A stretch of DNA of 42,267 nt from Nemertoderma westbladi (taxonomy: Eukaryota > Animalia > Xenacoelomorpha): contig JAUCBJ010006407.1 in NCBI GenBank assembly GCA_032718475.1, forward strand, positions 1-42,267, written 5' to 3'. The notes beneath the pieces are model-generated. The model was not told the origin of the DNA. It did no database searches and saw only the letters and a list, made by a program, of their open reading frames with translations. The first letter of the stretch is position 1, and the number at the start of each line of letters is the position of its first letter. Shown one piece after another: positions 12,501 to 25,200 of the stretch. A program made the translations under genes and the position numbers.

Positions 12501-15500
12501 ATGAGTTCCACACTCACACTGGACCAGGAACTGGAAGCCAGAATACGAGTTCCACACTCACACAGGGCCTGGAACTGGAAGCCAGAATACGAGTTCCACA
12601 CTCACACTGGGCCTGGAAGAAGCCAGAATACGAGTTCCACACTCACACACGGCCTGGAACTGGAAGCCAGAATGAGTTCCACACTCACACTGGGCCTGGA
12701 ACTGGGAGCCAGAATGAGTTCCACACTCACACTGGACCAGGAACTGGAAGCCAGAATACGAGTTCCACACTCACACAGGGCCTGGAACTGGAAGCCAGAA
12801 TACGAGTTCCACACTCACACTGGGCCTGGAAGAAGCCAGAATACGAGTTCCACACTCACACACGGCCTGGAACTGGATGCGAGAATGAGTTCCACACTCA
12901 CACTGGGCCTGGAACTGGATGCCAGAATACGAGTTCCACACTCACACAGGGCCTGGAACTGGGAGCCAGAATGAGTTCCACACTCACACTGGACCAGGAA
13001 CTGGAAGCCAGAATGAGTTTCACACTCAAACTGGACCAGGAACTGGAAGCCAGAATGAGTTCCACACTCACACTGGACCAGGAACTGGAAGCCAGAATAC
13101 GAGTTCCACACTCACACACGGCCTCGAACTGGAAGCCAGAATGAGTTCCACACTCACACTGGGCCTGGAACTGGGAGCCAGAATGTGTTCCACACTCACA
13201 CTGGGCCTGGAACTGGAAGCCAGAATGAGTTCCACACTCAAACTGGACCAGGAACTGGAAGCCAGAATGAGTTTCACACTCAAACTGGACCAGGAACTGG
13301 AAGCCAGAATGAGTTCCACACTCACACTGGACCAGGAACTGGAAGCCAGAATACGAGTTCCACACTCACACACGGCCTCGAACTGGAAGCCAGAATGAGT
13401 TCCACACTCACACACGGCCTGGAACTGGGAGCCAGAATGAGTTCCACACTCACACTGGACCAGGAACTGGAAGCCAGAATGAGTTCCACACTCAAACTGG
13501 ACCAGGAACTGGAAGCCAGAATGAGTTTCACACTCAAACTGGACCAGGAACTGGAAGCCAGAATGAGTTCCACACTCACACTGGACCAGGAACTGGAAGC
13601 CAGAATACGAGTTCCACACTCACACAGGGCCTGGAACTGGATGCGAGAATGAGTTCCACACTCACACACGGCCTGGAACTGGGAGCCAGAATGAGTTCCA
13701 CACTCACACTGGACCAGGAACTGGAAGCCAGAATGAGTTCCACACTCAAACTGGACCAGGAACTGGAAGCCAGAATGAGTTTCACACTCAAACTGGACCA
13801 GGAACTGGAAGCCAGAATGAGTTCCACACTCAAACTGGACCAGGAACTGGAAGCCAGAATAAGAGTTCCACACTCACACAGGGCCTGGAACTGGATGCGA
13901 GAATGAGTTCCACACTCACACTGGACCAGGAACTGGAAGCCAGAATGAGTTCCACACTCACACACGGCCTGGAACTGGATGCGAGAATGAGTTCCACACT
14001 CACACAGGGCCTGGAACTGGAAGCCAGAATAAGAGTTCCACACTCACACACGGCCTGGAACTGGGAGCCAGAATGAGTTCCACACTCACACTGGACCAGG
14101 AACTGGAAGCCAGAATGAGTTCCACACTCACACACGGCCTGGAACTGGGAGCCAGAATGAGTTCCACACTCACACTGGACCAGGAACTGGAAGCCAGAAT
14201 GAGTTCCACACTCAAACTGGACCAGGAACTGGAAGCCAGAATGAGTTCCACACTCACACTGGACCAGGAACTGGAAGCCAGAATGAGTTCCACACTCACA
14301 CTGGGCCTGGAACTGGGAGCCAGAATGAGTTCCACACTCACACTGGACCAGGAACTGGAAGCCAGAATGAGTTCCACACTCAAACTGGACCAGGAACTGG
14401 AAGCCAGAATGAGTTCCACACTCACACACGGCCTGGAACTGGAAGCCAGAATGAGTTCCACACTCACACTGGACCAGGAACTGGAAGCCAGAATGAGTTC
14501 CACACTCAAACTGGACCAGGAACTGGAAGCCAGAATGAGTTCCACACTCACACACGGCCTGGAACTGGAAGCCAGAATGAGTTCCACACTCACACACGGC
14601 CTGGAACTGGGAGCCAGAATGAGTTCCACACTCACACTGGACCAGGAACTGGAAGCCAGAATGAGTTCCACACTCAAACTGGACCAGGAACTGGAAGCCA
14701 GAATGAGTTTCACACTCAAACTGGACCAGGAACTGGGAGCCAGAATGAGTTCCACACTCAAACTGGACCAGGAACTGGAAGCCAGAATGAGTTTCACACT
14801 CAAACTGGACCAGGAACTGGAAGCCAGAATGAGTTCCACACTCACACTGGACCAGGAACTGGAAGCCAGAATACGAGTTCCACACTCACACACGGCCTCG
14901 AACTAGAAGCCAGAATGAGTTCCACACTCACACTGGACCAGGAACTGGAAGCCAGAATGAGTTTCACACTCAAACTGGACCAGGAACTGGAAGCCAGAAT
15001 GAGTTCCACACTCACACTGGACCAGGAACTGGAAGCCAGAATACGAGTTCCACACTCACACAGGGCCTGGAACTGGAAGCCAGAATACGAGTTCCACACT
15101 CACACTGGGCCTGGAAGAAGCCAGAATACGAGTTCCACACTCACACACGGCCTGGAACTGGATGCGAGAATGAGTTCCACACTCACACACGGCCTGGAAC
15201 TGGGAGCCAGAATGAGTTCCACACTCACACTGGACCAGGAACTGGAAGCCAGAATGAGTTCCACACTCAAACTGGACCAGGAACTGGAAGCCAGAATGAG
15301 TTTCACACTCAAACTGGACCAGGAACTGGGAGCCAGAATGAGTTCCACACTCAAACTGGACCAGGAACTGGAAGCCAGAATGAGTTTCACACTCAAACTG
15401 GACCAGGAACTGGAAGCCAGAATGAGTTCCACACTCACACTGGACCAGGAACTGGAAGCCAGAATACGAGTTCCACACTCACACACGGCCTCGAACTAGA

Positions 15501-18500
15501 AGCCAGAATGAGTTCCACACTCACACTGGACCAGGAACTGGAAGCCAGAATGAGTTTCACACTCAAACTGGACCAGGAACTGGAAGCCAGAATGAGTTCC
15601 ACACTCACACTGGACCAGGAACTGGAAGCCAGAATACGAGTTCCACACTCACACAGGGCCTGGAACTGGAAGCCAGAATACGAGTTCCACACTCACACTG
15701 GGCCTGGAAGAAGCCAGAATACGAGTTCCACACTCACACACGGCCTGGAACTGGATGCGAGAATGAGTTCCACACTCACACACGGCCTGGAACTGGGAGC
15801 CAGAATGAGTTCCACACTCACACTGGACCAGGAACTGGAAGCCAGAATGAGTTTCACACTCAAACTGGACCAGGAACTGGAAGCCAGAATGAGTTCCACA
15901 CTCACACTGGACCAGGAACTGGAAGCCAGAATACGAGTTCCACACTCACACACGGCCTCGAACTGGAAGCCAGAATGAGTTCCACACTCACACTGGGCCT
16001 GGAACTGGGAGCCAGAATGAGTTCCACACTCACACTGGGCCTGGAACTGGAAGCCAGAATACGAGTTCCACACTCACACAGGGCCTGGAACTGGAAGCCA
16101 GAATACGAGTTCCACACTCACACTGGGCCTGGAAGAAGCCAGAATACGAGTTCCACACTCAAACTGGACCAGGAACTGGAAGCCAGAATGAGTTTCACAC
16201 TCAAACTGGACCAGGAACTGGAAGCCAGAATGAGTTTCACACTCAAACTGGACCAGGAACTGGAAGCCAGAATGAGTTTCACACTCAAACTGGACCAGGA
16301 ACTGGGAGCCAGAATGAGTTCCACACTCAAACTGGACCAGGAACTGGAAGCCAGAATGAGTTTCACACTCAAACTGGACCAGGAACTGGAAGCCAGAATG
16401 AGTTCCACACTCACACTGGACCAGGAACTGGAAGCCAGAATACGAGTTCCACACTCACACACGGCCTCGAACTAGAAGCCAGAATGAGTTCCACACTCAC
16501 ACTGGACCAGGAACTGGAAGCCAGAATGAGTTTCACACTCAAACTGGACCAGGAACTGGAAGCCAGAATGAGTTCCACACTCACACTGGACCAGGAACTG
16601 GAAGCCAGAATACGAGTTCCACACTCACACAGGGCCTGGAACTGGAAGCCAGAATACGAGTTCCACACTCACACTGGGCCTGGAAGAAGCCAGAATACGA
16701 GTTCCACACTCACACACGGCCTGGAACTGGATGCGAGAATGAGTTCCACACTCACACACGGCCTGGAACTGGGAGCCAGAATGAGTTCCACACTCACACT
16801 GGACCAGGAACTGGAAGCCAGAATGAGTTTCACACTCAAACTGGACCAGGAACTGGAAGCCAGAATGAGTTCCACACTCACACTGGACCAGGAACTGGAA
16901 GCCAGAATACGAGTTCCACACTCACACAGGGCCTGGAACTGGAAGCCAGAATGAGTTCCACACTCACACTGGGCCTGGAACTGGGAGCCAGAATGAGTTC
17001 CACACTCACACTGGGCCTGGAACTGGAAGCCAGAATACGAGTTCCACACTCACACTGGGCCTGGAAGAAGCCAGAATACGAGTTCCACACTCACACTGGG
17101 CCTGGAACTGGAAGCCAGAATGAGTTCCACACTCACACTGGGCCAGGAACTGGATGCCAGAATGAGATCCACACTCACACTGGACCAGGAACTGGAAACC
17201 AGAATGAGTTCCACACTCACACTGGACCAGGAACTGGAAGCCAGAATGAGTTCCACACTCACACTGGACCAGGAACTGGAAGCCAGAATGAGTTCCACAC
17301 TCACACAGGGCCTGGAACTGGAAGCCAGAATGAGTTCCACACTCACACTGGGCCTGGAACTGGATGCGAGAATGAGTTCCACACTCAAACTGGACCAGGA
17401 ACTGGAAGCCAGAATGAGTTCCACACTCACGCTGGGCTTGGAAGAAGCCAGAATACGAGTTCCACACTCACACTGGGCCTGGAACTGGAAGCCAGAATGA
17501 GTTCCACACTCACACTGGGCCAGGAACTGGATGCCAGAATGAGATCCACACTCACACTGGACCAGGAACTGGAAACCAGAATGAGTTCCACACTCACACT
17601 GGACCAGGAACTGGAAGCCAGAATGAGTTCCACACTCACACTGGACCAGGAACTGGAAGCCAGAATGAGTTCCACACTCACACTGGACCAGGAACTGGAA
17701 GCCAGAATGAGTTCCACACTCACACTGGACCAGGAACTGGAAGCCAGAATACGAGTTCCACACTCACACTGGGCTTGGAAGAAGCCAGAATACGAGTTCC
17801 ACACTCACACTGGGCCTGGAACTGGAAGCCAGAATGAGTTCCACACTCACACTGGACCAGGAACTGGAAGCCAGAATGAGTTCCACACTCACACTGGACC
17901 AGGAACTGGAAGCCAGAATGAGTTCCACACTCACACTGGACCAGGAACTGGAAGCCAGAATGAGTTCCACACTCACACTGGACCAGGAACTGGAAGCCAG
18001 AATGAGTTCCACACTCACACTGGACCAGGAACTGGAAGCCAGAATGAGTTCCACACTCACACTGGACCAGGAACTGGAAGCCAGATTGAGTTCCACACTC
18101 ACACTGGACCAGGAACTGGAAGCCAGAATGAGTTCCACACTCACACTGGGCCTGGAACTGGAAGCCAGAATGAGTTCCACACTCACACTGGGCCTGGAAC
18201 TGGAAGCCAGAATGAGTTCCACACTCACACTGGACCAGGAACTGGAAGCCAGATTGAGTTCCACACTCACACTGGACCAGGAACTGGAAGCCAGAATGAG
18301 TTCCACACTCACACTGGGCCTGGAACTGGAAGCCAGAATGAGTTCCACACTCACACTGGACCAGGAACTGGAAGCCAGAATGAGTTCCACACTCACACTG
18401 GACCAGGAACTGGAAGCCAGAATGAGTTCCACACTCACACTGGGCCTGGAACAACTGGAAACCAGAATGAGTTCCAGACTCACACTGGGCCTGGAACTGG

Positions 18501-18995
18501 AAGCCAGAATACGAGTTCAACACTCACACTGGGCCTGAAACTAGAAACCAGAATACGAGTTCCACACTCACACTGGGCCTGGAACTGGAAGCCAGAGTGA
18601 GATCCACACTCACACTGGGCCTGGAACTGGAAGCCAGAATGAGTTCCAGACTCACACTGGACCAGGAACTGGAAGCCAGAATGAGTTCCACACTCACACT
18701 GGACCAGGAACTGGAAGCCAGAATGAGTTCCACACTCACACTGGGCCTGGAACTGGAAACCAGAATGACTTCCATACTCACACTGGGCCTGGATCTGGAA
18801 GCCAGAATACGAGTTCAACACTCACACTGGGCCTGAAACTGGAAACCAGAATACGAGTTCCACACTCACACTGGGCCTGGAACTGGAAACCAGAATGAGT
18901 TCCAGACTCACACTGGACCAGGAACTGGAAGCCAGAATGAGTTCCACACTCACGCTGGGCCTGGAACTGAAGCCAGAATACGAGTTCCACACTCA
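3566..18995 (+). repeat. Satellite 1: ~15.4-kb array of roughly 360 monomers, 42 bp (GAGTTCCACACTCACACTGGGCCTGGAACTGGAAGCCAGAAT), 44 bp (+AC) and a 41-bp deletion variant
   Basis: Uninterrupted head-to-tail monomers with a small set of recurring variants (GGGCCT/GGACCA/CGGCCT; GAAGCC/GATGCC/GGAGCC/GAAACC). Confidence 0.98.
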
Positions 18996-19054
18996 GAGCA
19001 AAATTTGCGGTCTCTTGAATAGGATAATTGCAGTTTTGACACTTCTTATCCATT

Positions 19055-19118
19055 GCTATTTAATATTGGCGCTATTTAATATTGGCGCTATTTAATATTG
19101 GCGCTATTTAATATTGGC
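19055..19118 (+). repeat. 16-bp minisatellite (GCTATTTAATATTGGC) x4 in the spacer between the two satellites
   Basis: Four exact tandem copies. Confidence 0.95.
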
Positions 19119-19281
19119 CTACTAAAATATATTACTAATATTGATTATCAATTTTACTTTATACGTTCTTCATATACTTAATGTACATTTACATATCGTA
19201 GTTTATGTATAGTATCGCAATTAATTGCATTACATATTTCAATAAAAACTTATTAACTTTGGTGGTGCTTAGAAATGAGTT

Positions 19282-22200
19282 TGCAATACTGTAGGCTACC
19301 TATCAGTGTTGCTTTACAATACTGTAGGCTATCTATCAGTGTTGCTTTACAATACTGTAGGCTATCTATCAGTGTTGATTTACAATCAGTGCTGCTGCAA
19401 TACTGTAGGCTATATACCAGTGTTGTTTTACAATCAGTGCTGCTGCAATACTGTAGGCTATCTATCAGTGTTGCTTTACAATACTGTAGGCTATATATCA
19501 GTGTTGCTTTACAATACTGTAGGCTATCTATCAGTGTTGCTTTACAATCAGTGCTGCTGCAATACTGTAGGCTATCTACCAGTGTTGTTTTACAATCAGT
19601 GCTGCTGCAATACTGTAGGCTATCTATCAGTGTTGCTTTACAATACTGTAGGCTATCTATCAGTGTTGCTTTACAATACTGTAGGCTATCTATCAGTGTT
19701 GATTTACAATACTGTAGGCTATCTCTCAGTGTTGCTTAACAATCAGTGCTGCTGCAATACTGTAGGCTATCTATCAGTGTTGCTTTACAATCAGTGCTGC
19801 TGCAATACTGTAGGCTATCTATCAGTGTTGCTTTACAATACTGTAGGCTATCTCTCAGTGTTGCTTTACAATCAGTGCTGCTGCAATACTGTAGGCTATC
19901 TATCAGTGTTGCTTTACAATACTGTAGGCTATCTATCAGTGTTGCTTTACAATACTGTAGGCTATCTATCAGTGTTGCTTTACAATACTGTAGGCTATCT
20001 ATCAGTGTTGCTTTACAATACTGTAGGCTATCTATCAGTGTTGCTTTACAATACTGTAGGCTATCTATCAGTGTTGTTTTACAATATGTGCTACTGCAAT
20101 ACTGTAGGCTATCTATCAGTGTTGCTTTACAATCAGTGCTACTGCAATACTGTAGGCTATCTATCAGTGTTGCTTTACAATGCTGTAGGCTATCTATCAG
20201 TGTTACTTTATAATACTGTAGGCTATCTATCAGTGTTGCTTTACAATCAGTGATGCTGCAATACTGTAGGCTATCTATCAGTGTTACTTTACAATACTGT
20301 AGGCTATCTATCAGTGTTACTTTACAATACTGTAGGCTATCTATCAGTGTTGCTTTACAATACTGTAGGCTATCTATCAGTGTTGCTTTACAATCAGTGC
20401 TGCTGCAATACTGTAGGCTATCTATCAGTGTTGCTTTACAATACTGTAGGCTATCTATCAGTGTTGCTTTACAATCAGTGCTGCTGCGATACTGTAGGCT
20501 ATCTATCAGTGTTACTTTACAATACTGTAGGCTATCTATCAGTGTTACTTTACAATACTGTAGGCTATCTATCAGTGTTGCTTTACAATACTGTAGGCTA
20601 TCTATCAGTGTTACTTTACAATACTGTAGGCTATCTATCAGTGTTACTTTACAATACTGTAGGCTATCTATCAGTGTTACTTTACAATACTGTAGGCTAT
20701 CTATCAGTGTTGTTTTACAATCTGTGCTGCTGCAATACTGTACGATATCTATCAGTGTTGCTTTACAATACTGTAGGCTATCTATCAGTGTTGCGCTTTA
20801 CAATCAGTGCTACTGCAATACTGTAGGCTATCAGTGTTGCTTTACAATCAGTGATACTGCAATACTGAGGCTATCTATCAGTGTTGCTTTACAATCAGTG
20901 CTGCTGCAATACTGTAGGCTATCTATCAGTGCTGCTGCAATACTGTAGGCTATTTATCAGTGTTGCTTTACAATCAGTGCTGCTGCAATACTGTAGGCTA
21001 TCTATCAGTGTTGCTTTACAATACTGTAGGCTATCTATCAGTGTTGCTTTACAATCAGTGCTGCTGCAATACTGTAGGCTATCTATCAGTGTTGCTTTAC
21101 AATACTGTAGGCTATCTATCAGTGTTGCTTTACAATCAGTGCTGCTGCAATACTGTAGGCTATCTATCAGTGTTGCTTTACAATACTGTAGGCTATCTAT
21201 CAGTGTTGCTTTACAATACTGTAGGCTATCTATCAGTGTTGCTTTACAATACTGTAGGCTATCGATCAGTGTTGCTTTACAATACTGTAGGCTATCTATC
21301 AGTGTTGTTTTACAATATGTGCTACTGCAATACTGTAGGCTATCTATCAGTGTTGCTTTACAATCAGTGCTGCTGCAATACTGTAGGCTATCTATCAGTG
21401 TTACTTTACAATACTGTAGGCTATATACCAGTGTTGCTTTACAATCAGTGCTGCTGCAATACTGTAGGCTATCTATCAGTGTTGCTTTACAATGCTGTAG
21501 GCTATCTATCAGTGTTACTTTATAATACTGTAGGGTATCTATCAGTGTTGCTTTACAATCAGTGATGCTGCAATACTGTAGGCTATCTATCAGTGTTGCT
21601 TTACAATCAGTGCTGCTGCAATACTGTAGGCTATCTATCAGTGTTGCTTTACAATACTGTAGGCTATCTATCAGTGCTGCTTTACAATCAGTGCTGCTGC
21701 AATACTGTAGGCTATCTATCAGTGTTGCTTTACAATACTGTAGGCTATCTATCAGTGTTGTTTTACAATATGTGCTACTGCAATACTGTAGGCTATCTAC
21801 CAGTGTAGCTTTACAATCAGTGCTGCTGCAATACTGTAGGCTATCTATCAGTGTTGCTTTACAATACTGTAGGCTATCTATCAGTGTTGCTTTACAATCA
21901 GTGCTGCTGCGATACTGTAGGCTATCTATCAGTGTTACTTTACAATACTGTAGGCTATCTATCAGTGTTGCTTTACAATCAGTGCTGCTGCAATACTGTA
22001 GGCTATCTATCAGTGTTGCTTTACAATCAGTGATGCTGCAATACTGTAGGCTATCTATCAGTGTTGCTTTACAATACTGTAGGCTATCTATCAGTGTTAC
22101 TTTACAATACTGTAGGCTATCTATCAGTGTTGCTTTACAATCAGTGCTGCTGCAATACTGTAGGCTATCTATCAGTGTTGCTTTACAATCAGTGCTGCTG

Positions 22201-25200
22201 CAATACTGTAGGCTATCTATCAGTGTTGCTTTCCAATACTGTAGGATATCTATCAGTGTTGCTTTACAATACTGTAGGATATCTATCAGTGCTGCTGCAA
22301 TACTGTAGGCTTTCTATCAGTGCTGCTGCAATACTCTAGGCTATCTATCAGTGTTGCTTTACAATCAGTGCTGCTGCAATACTGTAGGCTATCTACCAGT
22401 GTTGTTTTACAATCAGTGCTGCTGCAATACTGTAGGCTATTTATCAGTGTTGCTTTACAATACTGTAGGCTATCTATCAGTGTTGTTTTACAATCAGTGC
22501 TGCTGCAATACTGTAGGTTATCTATCAGTGTTGCTTTACAATACTGTAGGCTATCTATCAGTGTTGTTTTACAATCAGTGCTGCTGCAATACTGTAGGCT
22601 ATCTATCAGTGTTGCTTTACAATACTGTAGGCTAACTATCAGTGTTGCTTTACAATCAGTGCTGCTGCAATACTGTAGGCTATCTATCAGTGTTGCTTTA
22701 CAATACTGTAGGCTATCTATCAGTGTTGCTTTACAATACTGTAGGCTATCTATCAGTGTTGCTTTACAATACTGTAGGCTATCGATCAGTGTTGCTTTAC
22801 AATACTGTAGGCTATCTATCAGTGTTGTTTTACAATATGTGCTACTGCAATACTGTAGGCTATCTATCAGTGTTGCTTTACAATCAGTGCTGCTGCAATA
22901 CTGTAGGCTATCTATCAGTGTTGCTTTACAATGCTGTAGGCTATCTATCAGTGTTACTTTATAATACTGTAGGCTATATATCAGTGTTGCTTTACAATCA
23001 GTGATGCTGCAATACTGTAGGCTATCTATCAGTGTTGCTTTACAATCAGTGCTGCTGCAATACTGTAGGCTATCTATCAGTGTTGCTTTACAATACTGTA
23101 GGCTATCTATCAGTGTTGCTTTACAATCAGTGCTGCTGCAGTACTGTAGGCTATCTATCAGTGTTGCTTTACAATACTGTAGGCTATCTATCAGTGTTGT
23201 TTTACAATATGTGCTACTGAAATACTGTAGGCTATCTACCAGTGTTGCTTTACAATCAGTGCTGCTGCAATACTGTAGGCTATCTATCAGTGTTGCTTTA
23301 CAATACTGTAGGCTATCTATCAGTGTTGCTTTACAATCAGTGCTGCTGCGATACTGTAGGCTATCTATCAGTGTTACTTTACAATACTGTAGGCTATCTA
23401 TCAGTGTTGCTTTACAATCAGTGCTGCTGCAATACTGTAGGCTATCTATCAGTGTTGCTTTACAATCAGTGCTGCTGCAATACTGTAGGCTATCTATCAG
23501 TGTTGCTTTACAATACTGTAGGCTATCTCTCAGTGTTGCTTTACAATCAGTGCTGCTGCAATACTGTAGGCTATCTATCAGTGTTGCTTTACAATACTGT
23601 AGGCTATCTATCAGTGTTGCTTTACAATACTGTAGGCTATCTATCAGTGTTGCTTTACAATACTATAGGCTATCTATCAGTGTTGCTTTACAATACTGTA
23701 GGCTATCTATCAGTGTTGCTTTACAATACTGTAGGCTATCTATCAGTGTTGTTTTACAATATGTGCTACTGCAATACTGTAGGCTATCTATCAGTGTTGC
23801 TTTACAATCAGTGCTGCTGCAATACTGTAGGCTATCTATCAGTGTTGCTTTACAATGCTGTAGGCTATCTATCAGTGTTACTTTATAATACTGTAGGCTA
23901 TCTATCATTGTTGCTTTACAATCAGTGATGCTGCAATACTGTAGGCTATCTATCAGTGTTGCTTTACAATCAGTGCTGCTGCAATACTGTAGGCTATCTA
24001 TCAGTGTTGCTTTACAATACTGTAGGCTATCTATCAGTGTTACTTTACAATACTGTAGGCTATCTATCAGTGTTACTTTACAATACTGTAGGCTATCTAT
24101 CAGTGTTGCTTTACAATACTGTAGGCTATCTATCAGTGTTACTTTACAATACTGTAGGCTATCTATCAGTGTTACTTTACAATACTGTAGGCTATCTATC
24201 AGTGTTACTTTACAATACTGTAGGCTATCTATCAGTGTTGTTTTACAATCTGTGCTGCTGCAATACTGTACGATATCTATCAGTGTTGCTTTACAATACT
24301 GTAGGCTATCGATCAGTGTTGCTTTACAATACTGTAGGCTATCTATCAGTGTTGCGCTTTACAATCAGTGCTACTGCAATACTGAGGCTATCTATCAGTG
24401 TTGCTTTACAATCAGTGCTGCTGCAATACTGTAGGCTATCTATCAGTGCTGCTGCAATACTGTAGGCTATTTATCAGTGTTGCTTTACAATCAGTGCTGC
24501 TTTACAATACTGTAGGCTATCTATCAGTGTTGCTTTACAATCAGTGCTGCTGCAATACTGTAGGCTATCTATCAGTGTTGCTTTACAATACTGTAGGCTA
24601 TCTATCAGTGTTGCTTTACAATCAGTGCTGCTGCGATACTGTAGGCTATCTATCAGTGTTACTTTACAATACTGTAGGCTATCTATCAGTGTTACTTTAC
24701 AATACTGTAGGCTATCTATCAGTGTTGCTTTACAATACTGTAGGCTATCTATCAGTGTTACTTTACAATACTGTAGGCTATCTATCAGTGTTACTTTACA
24801 ATACTGTAGGCTATCTATCAGTGTTACTTTACAATACTATAGGCTATCTATCAGTGTTGTTTTACAATCTGTGCTGCTGCAATACTGTACGATATCTATC
24901 AGTGTTGCTTTACAATACTGTAGGCTATCTATCAGTGTTGCTTTACAATACTGTAGGCTATCTATCAGTGTTGCGCTTTACAATCAGTGCTACTGCAATA
25001 CTGAGGCTATCTATCAGTGTTGCTTTACAATCAGTGCTGCTGCAATACTGTAGGCTATCTATCAGTGCTGCTGCAATACTGTAGGCTATCTATCAGTGTT
25101 GCTTTACAATCAGTGATACTGCAATACTGAGGCTATCTATCAGTGTTGCTTTACAATCAGTGCTGCTGCAATACTGTAGGCTATCTATCAGTGCTGCTGC

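Noticed and set aside
3545-19095. Many long ORFs (up to 549 aa) with HTHTGPGTGSQ, SSTLTLDQELEAR or CECGTH repeats
   Set aside because: They are products of a 42-bp stop-poor monomer. They overlap in several frames on both strands, switch frame at every 44-mer, and have no unique termini.
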